Of a stretch of 32,000 nucleotides of DNA, positions 24,275 through 32,000 are shown in pieces. The first letter of the stretch is position 1, and the number at the start of each line of letters is the position of its first letter. A model generated the notes under the pieces. It saw only the letters and a program-made list of their open reading frames with translations, made no database searches and had not been told where the DNA came from. Both the position numbers and the translations under genes were made by a program. Origin of the DNA: Candidatus Syntropharchaeum caldarium (GTDB lineage Archaea > Halobacteriota > Syntropharchaeia > Syntropharchaeales > Syntropharchaeaceae); NCBI GenBank assembly GCA_001766815.1, contig LYOS01000001.1:180001-212000 (forward strand), read 5' to 3'.

Positions 24275-25276
24275 ATGAATGAGCGAATCATCTCGCCTGA
24301 AGAGAGATATGATCAGACCGATGAGATTAATCTCAGGCCGTGTAGACTGTCAGATTTCATCGGACAGGAGAAGGTGAAAGAACAGCTAAGGATATTCATT
24401 GAGGCTGCAAAGGCGAGGAAGACTGTGCTTGACCATATCCTCTTTCATGGACCACCTGGTCTTGGGAAGACAACGCTTGCGCGAATCGTCGCAGAGGAGG
24501 TGGGTGTAAACATTCTCTCAACAAGTGGACCTGTGCTTGAGAAGGCGGGTGATCTTGCCGCGATCATAACAAACCTGGCTGAAGGCGATGTTCTTTTCAT
24601 CGATGAGATTCACAGGCTCAATACAACGGTTGAGGAGATCCTGTATCCAGCTATGGAAGATTTCAAGCTCGATATTATAATTGGAAAAGGTCCTGGCGCT
24701 CGCTCAATAAAGCTAAACACGCCAAAATTTACGCTGGTTGGTGCAACCACAAAGACCGGGCTACTTTCATCACCCCTGCGGGATCGGTTTGGTGTCATAT
24801 CGAGGATGGAGTTCTATACACCTCTTGAACTTAAAAAGATCGTGGAGAATGCATCAGAGAGGCTTGGGATAAGGATTGAATCTGATGGTGCATACGAGAT
24901 CGCAAATCGCTCAAGGGGTACGCCAAGAATTGCTCTGCGGTTACTGAAACGGGTTCGTGACTTTGCAGAGGTCAGGGGGAATGGTACCATTGATCAAGAT
25001 ATTGCTGATACAGCGCTCAGGATGCTTGGGGTCGATGAGCGAGGTTTTGATGAGACGGATCGGCTCATATTATCAACGATCATCGATAAATTTAGAGGGG
25101 GACCTGTTGGGCTTGATACAATCGCATCAGTGATAGGTGAAGATTCAAACACGATCGAGGATGTCTATGAACCATATCTACTCCAGCAGGGATTCATAAA
25201 CAGGACGCCACGTGGCAGGGTTGCAACGGATGATGCAAAGGAGTGGTGGAGTAAGACATTTTCATCGAAATTATAG
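24275..25276 (+). CDS. ruvB: Holliday junction branch-migration ATPase RuvB (bacterial type)
   Basis: Colinear RuvB hallmarks are present: LRP..L..FIGQ, Walker A (GPPGLGKTT), Walker B (LFIDEIHRL), [24 protein letters not shown], and a C-terminal winged helix ending in RTPRGRVAT. The start is ATG 24275 or 24260. The track start at 24182 would overlap the S2P gene. Confidence 0.9.
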   Translation: MNERIISPEERYDQTDEINLRPCRLSDFIGQEKVKEQLRIFIEAAKARKTVLDHILFHGPPGLGKTTLARIVAEEVGVNILSTSGPVLEKAGDLAAIITNLAEGDVLFIDEIHRLNTTVEEILYPAMEDFKLDIIIGKGPGARSIKLNTPKFTLVGATTKTGLLSSPLRDRFGVISRMEFYTPLELKKIVENASERLGIRIESDGAYEIANRSRGTPRIALRLLKRVRDFAEVRGNGTIDQDIADTALRMLGVDERGFDETDRLILSTIIDKFRGGPVGLDTIASVIGEDSNTIEDVYEPYLLQQGFINRTPRGRVATDDAKEWWSKTFSSKL

Positions 25277-25284
25277 CCCGTTGG

Positions 25285-25854
25285 TCATCGAGACTCTAAT
25301 AACCATCTGTAGTATCTGCGCTGAAAAAAAGAGGTGTGCTCAGGTCGAAGACCAAAGAACTTCAAGATATTGTATAAAAATCGAATATGCGGCTTGAAGG
25401 CCATGTCAGCATTCTCAGCAAGATCATCCGCAGGGAGATTCAAACCATGTAAGAGTTCGTGCACGATACGCAGCTCGAGCAAACCAATTTTTTCGTCACC
25501 GGTGACGATTATACTTATCATATCATCCGTATTCGATTGAGAATCTGGGCCACTGATCGCCCCACCTGCATAACTCGATATCTCATCTATGTGCTGATGA
25601 TAGTCCATGATGAAGATCTTCCCAGGTTCAGCAGGCATAATTATCGCCCATCGTTTTCCATCTTCATCCTCAAAATCCACCAATCGATGAGGCTCATTCA
25701 GAACATTTTCGACGCTGACCGGGTTCGTAACAGCATTTTCCCACTCATCGACTCTCCAATTTTCTGAAACACGCCTTAAAGCCTTTGAAACTAATTCTTG
25801 AATGCTGCTTTCAATTACAATCTTCATCTGCGATGCACCATCTGATATTTGCAC
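25285..25854 (-). CDS. hypothetical acidic protein with HExxH (HELLH) motif
   Basis: The ORF is 189 aa from GTG 25854, or 180 aa from ATG 25827, which is preceded by GGTG. HELLH is encoded at 25447-25461. It starts 5 nt downstream of the S49/SDH protease gene. I recognise no family. Confidence 0.55.
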   Translation of the reverse strand: MQISDGASQMKIVIESSIQELVSKALRRVSENWRVDEWENAVTNPVSVENVLNEPHRLVDFEDEDGKRWAIIMPAEPGKIFIMDYHQHIDEISSYAGGAISGPDSQSNTDDMISIIVTGDEKIGLLELRIVHELLHGLNLPADDLAENADMAFKPHIRFLYNILKFFGLRPEHTSFFQRRYYRWLLESR

Positions 25855-25859
25855 TGTCC

Positions 25860-26732
25860 TTAGCTCGCTCCGCCTTTCCCTGGTTTACCCCCATCTCGAT
25901 ATGGAAGCGGGACATACTCGACGCTCGGACGCCTGCCTGGTGGCTGTGGGTAGAGCTCCATCAGTGCATACACCTCTTCGGGCAGCCCATCTCTTACTGG
26001 GATTCCCAGTTCTTTTGCGTGTTCAAGCGTTATCGGGTAGTCATGCGTCCACTTTCCGGTCGTGAGTGCATCTGCGATCTCTTCTGCACGGGCTTCACCC
26101 ACTCGATCAAGTATGAGATCTCGGACAAAGTCATGAACCTGCTTCAGTGCCTTCCTCGATACATCGGCAAGGATCAGCGTCTCATCATCTATCTCATTCT
26201 TATCCTTCTCATCGATGACTGTAAGAATCGATGCTGCGGGGTACTTTCCAAGTTGCGGATCCACAGGACCCAACACCGCGTTCTCATCCATTATGACCTC
26301 ATCAGCCGCCAGTGCAAGAAGCGTTCCGCCAGACATTGCATAATGGGGCACGAAGACCCTCACCGGGGCGTTATGTTTCCTGAGTGCAAATGCGATCTGT
26401 TCTGCTGCAAGCACCAGTCCCCCAGGGGTGTGCAGGATCAGATCTATCGGCATATCATCGGGTGTTAACCTTATCGCACGAAGCACCTGCTCTGAATCCT
26501 CTATATCGATATACTTAAAAATTGGAAATCCAAGAAAAGCCATCGCCTCCTGACGATGAATCAGCGTGATTATCCTCGACTTTCTCTTCTTTTCCATCGA
26601 TCGTATCAGATTGAGCCGTGCAACATCGAGCATCTTCTGCTTAAAAAGTGGCATAAGCATGGCAAACATCAGAAATATCCAGAACAGGCTTCCTATGTTA
26701 CCGATCAAATCTTCGTTTACCACAGATCTCAT
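25860..26732 (-). CDS. membrane-anchored ClpP-fold serine protease, SDH (serine dehydrogenase proteinase, S49-like) family
   Basis: It has an N-terminal TM segment, then LILHTPGGLVLAAEQIA and PHYAMSGGTLLALAADE, which are ClpP/S49-type oxyanion and Ser motifs. Confidence 0.75.
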   Translation of the reverse strand: MRSVVNEDLIGNIGSLFWIFLMFAMLMPLFKQKMLDVARLNLIRSMEKKRKSRIITLIHRQEAMAFLGFPIFKYIDIEDSEQVLRAIRLTPDDMPIDLILHTPGGLVLAAEQIAFALRKHNAPVRVFVPHYAMSGGTLLALAADEVIMDENAVLGPVDPQLGKYPAASILTVIDEKDKNEIDDETLILADVSRKALKQVHDFVRDLILDRVGEARAEEIADALTTGKWTHDYPITLEHAKELGIPVRDGLPEEVYALMELYPQPPGRRPSVEYVPLPYRDGGKPGKGGAS

Positions 26733-26776
26733 CTCACGTTATTCCTATATAAGATTGCCGACTATAATAGAGGTGG

Positions 26777-27424
26777 ATGGATGCGCCCTATACGTTCTTA
26801 CTCACGTCATTCACCGCAATCTTCGTCATCGTCAATCCCATCGGGAATGTCATGGTATTTCTCTCCCTGACTGAAGATAATGATCCGGGTGAGAGGAAAC
26901 AGATCGCAAAGAGGACCGCGATATTCGGATCCCTCGTTCTCCTGATCTTTGCGATATTTGGCAATTATATCCTCTCTTTCTTCCAGATCACGATTGATTC
27001 ACTCCGTGTTATCGGCGGAATACTGATACTCTCGATCGCAATGGATATGATGCACGGAAAAATGTCAAGAGAAGGGCATACACCAGAAGAGGTTGAAGAA
27101 TCTGGTGAACGGGATGATATATCTTTCTTTCCAATGGCAGTCCCGATGCTTGCAGGACCTGGCGCGATAACGACCGCAATCATCCTGATGAACAACGCAG
27201 CAACGGTACCTTTCAAGTTAACCGTCCTGATCTCGATCATTCTCGTCTTTCTGATATGCTGGTTTCTCTTCTGTCTCTCTGAAAGCATCCATCGCGTGCT
27301 CGGCGTGACAGGGAGCATGGTAATAACAAGAATGATGGGACTCATCCTGGGTGCGATAGCAGTTCAATTCATCACAACCGGACTGTGGAATATCTACCTG
27401 ATGCTTCAGGGGAATATTGGGTGA
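26777..27424 (+). CDS. marC: MarC-family (UPF0056) integral membrane protein
   Basis: It has the NPIGN motif near the N-terminus and six hydrophobic segments. GAGGTGG lies just upstream of the ATG. Confidence 0.8.
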   Translation: MDAPYTFLLTSFTAIFVIVNPIGNVMVFLSLTEDNDPGERKQIAKRTAIFGSLVLLIFAIFGNYILSFFQITIDSLRVIGGILILSIAMDMMHGKMSREGHTPEEVEESGERDDISFFPMAVPMLAGPGAITTAIILMNNAATVPFKLTVLISIILVFLICWFLFCLSESIHRVLGVTGSMVITRMMGLILGAIAVQFITTGLWNIYLMLQGNIG

Positions 27425-27445
27425 GACCATGAGAGAGATCTGACT

Positions 27446-27979
27446 TTATTCTATTACAATCTCAATAATCTTACCCTGTATAACCGCGGCAATAATCATA
27501 TAAATTGTCAGCAACACCACGAACATAAACCCAAAATAATAGATCATCAGCGGCAATAGCGGAATTTTAATAGCCCTGCTATAAATAAAAGCTGCAATCA
27601 AGCCGATCCGCATTCCATGATTCCGAAGATCTTTCAATAGCGGATACCAGACATAGACGGGTCCGTGGCTGAGGATCCCTGCGGATATGGATAACAACCA
27701 CCCTTTGATTCCGGATCCTTCCCCCACGTACTTTCTGATGGTTTTTGGATTGACGATATAATTCATGATCCCCATAAAAAATATTACAAGTAGTATTACT
27801 GGGACGATCTCGATGAGTAAAGTTTCACTTGATTTGAGCGATTTTATCACGTTATCGGGCTCAATGAAAGCAAGAACAATGTATAAACATACAACAAAGA
27901 TCAGGAAGTACACGCCATGATATTTATCCTTTCTTTCTTCTTTTTTTCCTATTTTCCCCATCTCTTTCTCGCCCTTCAC
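27446..27979 (-). CDS. half-size permease (ArsP/DUF318-like predicted permease, second half)
   Basis: 177 aa. It has a Lys/Glu-rich N-terminus followed by about four TM segments, and an LLSISAGILSHGP motif. It overlaps the upstream half as GTGA. Confidence 0.6.
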   Translation of the reverse strand: MKGEKEMGKIGKKEERKDKYHGVYFLIFVVCLYIVLAFIEPDNVIKSLKSSETLLIEIVPVILLVIFFMGIMNYIVNPKTIRKYVGEGSGIKGWLLSISAGILSHGPVYVWYPLLKDLRNHGMRIGLIAAFIYSRAIKIPLLPLMIYYFGFMFVVLLTIYMIIAAVIQGKIIEIVIE

Positions 27980-28434
27980 CGGATCACCATCAATGTCATA
28001 ACAGTTGCTATTGAAACGAATATAGCGAAAATAAAACTCAAAATATTTCTAAAAATGGCAAACCGCTTTCCAAGAATCGCCACCTCTGCTGGAAGCTGGA
28101 CCAAACCAACCGTGACCCACGCAATGATGAATGCTGTTACCGCAAAGAGGCTGACACCATCTTTTAGAAGTTCTCCTCCTATTATATAACTCATGATAGC
28201 GTTTCCAGCCGAGATGCTACCGATAAGTGCACCGATAACAGTATCTCCTGATAGATTTCCTGTGAATACAGACGTGATCATCTGAGCTGTGACAAAGGTT
28301 TTGAAAAGACCCAAAAGTAGTATGACACCAAACAATATTGGAAGCTCTTTTGTGAAACTTCTGAATGTTTTGTAGAAGGAAGTTACGATATTTTTCTCAT
28401 CCTTTTTACCAGCGTTTTGTTCTGCTTTACTCAT
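27976..28434 (-). CDS. half-size permease (ArsP/DUF318-like predicted permease, first half)
   Basis: 152 aa with about four TM segments. It has an IGSISAGNA motif homologous to the SISAG motif in the downstream gene. Confidence 0.6.
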   Translation of the reverse strand: MSKAEQNAGKKDEKNIVTSFYKTFRSFTKELPILFGVILLLGLFKTFVTAQMITSVFTGNLSGDTVIGALIGSISAGNAIMSYIIGGELLKDGVSLFAVTAFIIAWVTVGLVQLPAEVAILGKRFAIFRNILSFIFAIFVSIATVMTLMVIR

Positions 28435-28490
28435 ACATCAAAATCTCCAAAAGCTCTACGATCTTTGCATAGATAAAGACTTCTAATTAT

Positions 28491-28508
28491 TTACCGTACG
28501 TACGGTAA
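28491..28508. promoter_or_regulatory. perfect 18-bp palindrome ttaccgtacgtacggtaa, candidate operator upstream of the split-permease operon
   Basis: I verified base by base that the sequence equals its reverse complement. It lies 57-74 nt upstream of the permease ATG (28434) and just upstream of a TATA-like ctttatcta on the minus strand. Confidence 0.5.
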
Positions 28509-28642
28509 GCAGAATGTTAATAAAAAATCTGAGGTATGTTTATAGTCAAAAACCTAACTTTGCAAACTAAGTTGCGATGAGAAATGCCAATATTTGTCTT
28601 TTGGGATTCTACTGTCCTCGATATCGTTACCAATTTAATCAT

Positions 28643-29293
28643 TCAAATATCTTTGATTATTTCTTTCAACGCCAAATCCCCCCTCAAAACCTTCTCAGCC
28701 CTCCCCTCACTCAAACCAGCACCCATCAAGATCTTCCTGGCAAACAGATCATCGATCATATCCTCAGGTGCATGTGCATCCGTATTTAAAACCAGCTCTG
28801 CCCCAACCTCCTCTGCAAGCCTCACAACGTGCCCATTTGCGATGTTATGCCCACATCTGGCTGAGACCTCAAGAAGGATTCCCATATCCTTTGCAAGTTC
28901 AACATCCTCTCTCGCAATCAAACCAGGATGAGCGAGTATGTCAACATCCTCTGACAAAATGGATGCATGATTCGTACCCTCACAAACAGGCTCTGCAAGG
29001 GTTTCACCGTGAGCAACAACGATCTCTGCACCCAGGCGTTTTGCCATTGATGCGATCTTTCCGATCTTTTGAGGTGGGATGTGCGTCAGCTCAACGCCAG
29101 CTACAACCTCAATCTCCCACTCATTCTCACGCTTTGCCTTAAGTCCCGCCTCAACCACATACTCGATATTTGAGAAATCAACATGATCCGCGATCCCGAT
29201 TACCGTATAACCTTTAACTAACGCACGTCTGAAGTGTTCGCTCGGTACAAGCTCACCATCACTAAGTAGCGTGTGTGTATGAAGGTCAATCAT
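28643..29293 (-). CDS. PHP-domain metal-dependent phosphoesterase
   Basis: It has the N-terminal MIDLHTHTLLSDG motif and further His/Asp motifs (ADH, AHG, NTDAH) of the PHP fold. The length is 216 aa. Confidence 0.8.
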   Translation of the reverse strand: MIDLHTHTLLSDGELVPSEHFRRALVKGYTVIGIADHVDFSNIEYVVEAGLKAKRENEWEIEVVAGVELTHIPPQKIGKIASMAKRLGAEIVVAHGETLAEPVCEGTNHASILSEDVDILAHPGLIAREDVELAKDMGILLEVSARCGHNIANGHVVRLAEEVGAELVLNTDAHAPEDMIDDLFARKILMGAGLSEGRAEKVLRGDLALKEIIKDI

Positions 29294-30161
29294 AATTTAC
29301 ACCTCTTCCATTTTGCAATACGATCTCACCAACCTCTTTTCCTGTAATCCTTGCTATAACAGAACACTTGACAACGAAGAGGAAGAATACATGCTCATCA
29401 TGGATATGTCCCGCGATCGACTCAAAATTTCCCTGACCCTTGCTGATCACAAGATCAGAGGATCTGAACTCATCTACAAATGCATCAGAGCAGTATCTCA
29501 GGCCCTCCCCTGGACTTCCAGCACCGGTTGTTATAACCTCTGCAAACGCATCCATTCCTGCAAACTCGGCGTCTTCAAGCATCGCATCATTCAGGATCGG
29601 GCGTTCTTTCACAGCAAACTTGAGTTTGATCCCATCAAGCTTTGAAAGTTCCTCTACAAGCAATCGATCGAAGAAGATCTCACCTGCGTTATCTGCGATA
29701 TATAGCACTTTCTTTGATGATTCAAGCCTCTCGAGAAATCGTTCGAGCTCACCATCCTTAAAATCCGCTTCCATTACCCTTTTGATCGTCCCGTTAACAT
29801 CAAAGCTCGAAGCAGCCCCAAAATCGATGATATTCCCTGCTATTGCAAGCCTGGTGGCTGCTTCAAGCTGGTTGTCTCCACCTTCAACGATTCGCTTGAA
29901 CTTTGGATACATCTTCTTTGCGATCCTGTTTGATCTTCGCTTGAGTTCGATGTAGGGATCATCGCATCCTGTGAGATCCTCGATCACACGGTAGATCAAT
30001 GGGGCAACCTCAGGAGGTGATCTCGTGGTCCCGACCTCTGATAGCTTAAGAAGCACTCTTTTTATGATTTCTTCTCTGAGGTGGTCATCTGTTGTAACGA
30101 TCTGTGCACACCTTACAGCCTGATCGAGAAAACAGGGAACACACTCGATGTACGACTTCAT
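29286..30161 (-). CDS. DUF89 / ARMT1-like metal-dependent (damage-control) phosphatase
   Basis: It has an N-terminal ECVPCFLDQ motif, DNAGE, and the KGQGNFE motif characteristic of DUF89. It overlaps both neighbouring genes. Confidence 0.8.
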   Translation of the reverse strand: MKSYIECVPCFLDQAVRCAQIVTTDDHLREEIIKRVLLKLSEVGTTRSPPEVAPLIYRVIEDLTGCDDPYIELKRRSNRIAKKMYPKFKRIVEGGDNQLEAATRLAIAGNIIDFGAASSFDVNGTIKRVMEADFKDGELERFLERLESSKKVLYIADNAGEIFFDRLLVEELSKLDGIKLKFAVKERPILNDAMLEDAEFAGMDAFAEVITTGAGSPGEGLRYCSDAFVDEFRSSDLVISKGQGNFESIAGHIHDEHVFFLFVVKCSVIARITGKEVGEIVLQNGRGVNYD

Positions 30162-31300
30162 TTCTCAATTATTGTCTCCTCGATCTTCATCCCGAAGTGT
30201 CTTCCACTCTCTTCAAGGTGTACAAGCACCTCATCTCCAACCTTAATATCCGCAACTGAGATCGGTGTGCCGTCAGGTGCAACGAGTTTTATCGTCTCTG
30301 CGTTCTGGAGGATCGTATTCAACCGCCGCTTCCCGACCTCCGCCTCGATCAATATCAACGGACGCTTCTCAATCTTGACGCGCCCAACAATTGCATTCTT
30401 TGTCCCGCCATCACGATCAACCACCATCACATCATCACCTGACTGGAGTTCTGCAAGGTAGCGGGTCTTCTCGCCTACAAGCACATAGGCATGTACCGCT
30501 CCTGCGTTCACCCTGAAAGGGCGTGATGCAACATACGGGCTCTCTTCAGTCTCTGCATGAACCAGAAAGAATGCATCAGCAGCAGAGCCAATCAACATCC
30601 CCTCTCCAAGTTTCATCATGCTGCACGTGTCGACACAGACACGATCCCCCATCCCAAGCTGCTTCACATTGATGACCTTTGCAGCAAGAAGTGGTAGACG
30701 TTCTCTACCCACCTCCTCCACCACACTCATAACTTTTTTAACCTCGGACGGGTCATCAGCATCAAGAAGTATCCCATCTGCACCGTGCTCAAGCGTCTCA
30801 AGAGCAAGTTTAGCCTCTTTAGCATCCTTCACCCCTGCGATGATCCTGCAATCATAGTCCTGAAGCTCCGCGATGAGGTTCTCAAGAGGGATTACCTTCC
30901 AGTCTGTCCCAATCACGATCAGGTAATCAGAAGCCTTTGCAAGCTCGGCTGCAAGCCGTTCATAATCCTTGTTCTTGATTATAACAAAAGATGCAGTGGT
31001 GTACTTCTCCTTTGAAAGTTCTCTGAGTGTATCAAGATCCTTTGACGCTGACAGATCTTCTGGAAGCTCTATGGTGCCGTCACCTTCTCCTTTTCTCCCA
31101 ACAACGATGACATCAGCGTGAGGACTGTCACCAAAGGCTGCAACCCTGATCTTTCCAAGTTCACGCACCTTCTCAACATCACTCTCCTCTACAAGGACAC
31201 AGTCAACCCCTGATTCAAGTGCAGTTGTAATTCTGGGCTTCTTATCTACTTCCCACGCCCCTTCATCTGCTTTTATCCATACCTCTTTCTTTCCTGACAT
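30158..31300 (-). CDS. aroB': 3-dehydroquinate synthase type II (archaeal shikimate pathway)
   Basis: 380 aa. The N-terminus (VWIKADEGAWEVDKKPRITTALESGVDCVLV) and the overall length fit the archaeal DHQS-II family (PF01959). Confidence 0.8.
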   Translation of the reverse strand: MSGKKEVWIKADEGAWEVDKKPRITTALESGVDCVLVEESDVEKVRELGKIRVAAFGDSPHADVIVVGRKGEGDGTIELPEDLSASKDLDTLRELSKEKYTTASFVIIKNKDYERLAAELAKASDYLIVIGTDWKVIPLENLIAELQDYDCRIIAGVKDAKEAKLALETLEHGADGILLDADDPSEVKKVMSVVEEVGRERLPLLAAKVINVKQLGMGDRVCVDTCSMMKLGEGMLIGSAADAFFLVHAETEESPYVASRPFRVNAGAVHAYVLVGEKTRYLAELQSGDDVMVVDRDGGTKNAIVGRVKIEKRPLILIEAEVGKRRLNTILQNAETIKLVAPDGTPISVADIKVGDEVLVHLEESGRHFGMKIEETIIEK

Positions 31301-31306
31301 AACTGA

Positions 31307-31525
31307 TCATTCCTCCATCCTCACAATCTGTTTTAAAAGTATCCACGATACTGCAATAACTGATAGTGCAAATCCAGCCTCGACAATCGAGCTGTACCTG
31401 TAGTCAAAGAGCCTTGTTATTACATCAAGCACGCTGAAATAGAATGTGAGTGTTGCGATCAGAAGAAGCAGAATGAGTATGCCTGCGGTTGCGAACTTCA
31501 AGATCCTGTGAAGATTATTTGCCAT
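31307..31525 (-). CDS. small two-TM membrane protein, unknown function
   Basis: 72-aa ORF with two clear hydrophobic helices. It overlaps the upstream PGF-CTERM gene by 11 nt and lies 6 nt upstream of aroB'. I recognise no homology. Confidence 0.4.
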   Translation of the reverse strand: MANNLHRILKFATAGILILLLLIATLTFYFSVLDVITRLFDYRYSSIVEAGFALSVIAVSWILLKQIVRMEE

Positions 31526-32000
31526 GTTTATCCCTCCTCACCAGTAGAGCGATCAATAGTGCAAAGATCACGCCTGCTAAGCCAAATCCCGGAGCGCGTG
31601 GTGCCATACCATCCATCCCGTAAGGTATCATTTCTACGTCTGGTGTTGGTACAGGTCTCGGTGCTATAAAATCTTCCACTTTGATCTCGGGCTCTTTCTC
31701 AACAACCGTGCCTGTAACAGGTATAAACTCGGTTCTATCGCCAAACGGACTCAAAGCCACCATTCCATAGCCCTCTGCAACGATTTTATCACCATTCCAT
31801 ATTGTGAGATCAATCAGATGGTCCCGTTCACTCAAAAGGTTGAGTCTTGCAGATCTCACCGATGTCCCACTTCCAGTGAGTGTGCCAACATCAACCTCGA
31901 TCTTATCCACAAGAAGCCCTGTCTTCTCATCCTCTGCCTTTATGAGCATCCTGAGTGGGGGCGTATCCTTTGACTTGAGATTCTCGATGTATGCAGTGGC
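31515..32000 (-). CDS. secreted/surface protein with PGF-CTERM archaeosortase sorting signal, 3' part (open to the right window edge)
   Basis: The C-terminus is PRPVPTPDVE...APRAPGFGLAGVIFALLIALLVRRDKHGK, that is, a Pro/Thr linker, PGF, a TM helix and a basic tail. The frame stays open upstream of the track's first Met (ATAYIENLKSKDTPPLR before MLIKAED) to position 32000. Confidence 0.65.
   Translation of the reverse strand, partial: ATAYIENLKSKDTPPLRMLIKAEDEKTGLLVDKIEVDVGTLTGSGTSVRSARLNLLSERDHLIDLTIWNGDKIVAEGYGMVALSPFGDRTEFIPVTGTVVEKEPEIKVEDFIAPRPVPTPDVEMIPYGMDGMAPRAPGFGLAGVIFALLIALLVRRDKHGK

Noticed and set aside
28511-28567. An 18-codon mini-ORF (MLIKNLRYVYSQKPNFAN) in the PHP/permease intergenic region
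   Set aside because: It has no Shine-Dalgarno motif or promoter context. It sits in AT-rich spacer where short ORFs arise by chance, and there is no supporting evidence.
1-32000. CRISPR arrays, tRNA/rRNA genes, and transposases, integrases or other mobile-element boundaries
   Set aside because: I read all intergenic regions longer than 40 nt: 201-294, 3139-3199, 6992-7131, 9726-9871, 11198-11275, 18779-19006, 21750-21920 and 28435-28642. None shows regularly spaced direct repeats, a cloverleaf-compatible sequence, or terminal inverted repeats. No ORF resembles a recombinase.

Overview
This window is a densely packed, almost entirely coding stretch of an archaeal (euryarchaeal) chromosome. 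I call 39 protein-coding genes. I found no rRNA, tRNA, CRISPR array, transposase or integrase.

The archaeal assignment rests on several genes: Pth2, Elp3, uS2, the uL15-SecY-archaeal Adk-DUF106-Cmk cluster, type II 3-dehydroquinate synthase, an FrhB-family (F420-interacting) protein, an AfpA-like flavoprotein, and a PGF-CTERM sorting signal. Together these suggest a methanogen, ANME or Archaeoglobi-like lineage. That lineage placement is inference only.

Most genes are housekeeping and sit in tight operons, with many 0-11 nt junctions or overlaps and GGTG/GAGGTG Shine-Dalgarno-like motifs.

The observations most worth a second look are:
- An AfpA-like flavoprotein whose conserved N-terminal GITGSG motif lies upstream of any canonical start codon. 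It sits directly after, and in frame with, the TAG stop of sufB, at the end of an expanded nitroreductase-Nfu-SufC-SufB-AfpA operon.
- A full-length bacterial-type RuvB with no RuvA or RuvC partner.
- A protease-rich stretch containing an S2P-CBS plus TraB operon and an S49/SDH serine protease coupled to an uncharacterised small HExxH protein.
- A permease split into two homologous half-genes, preceded by a perfect 18-bp palindrome.
- An overlapping aroB'-DUF89-PHP operon.
- An FrhB-like plus GltB-FMN-domain pair.
- An ACD-alpha-like protein that lacks the phosphohistidine loop.

All product calls come from motif recognition by eye. No database search was run.
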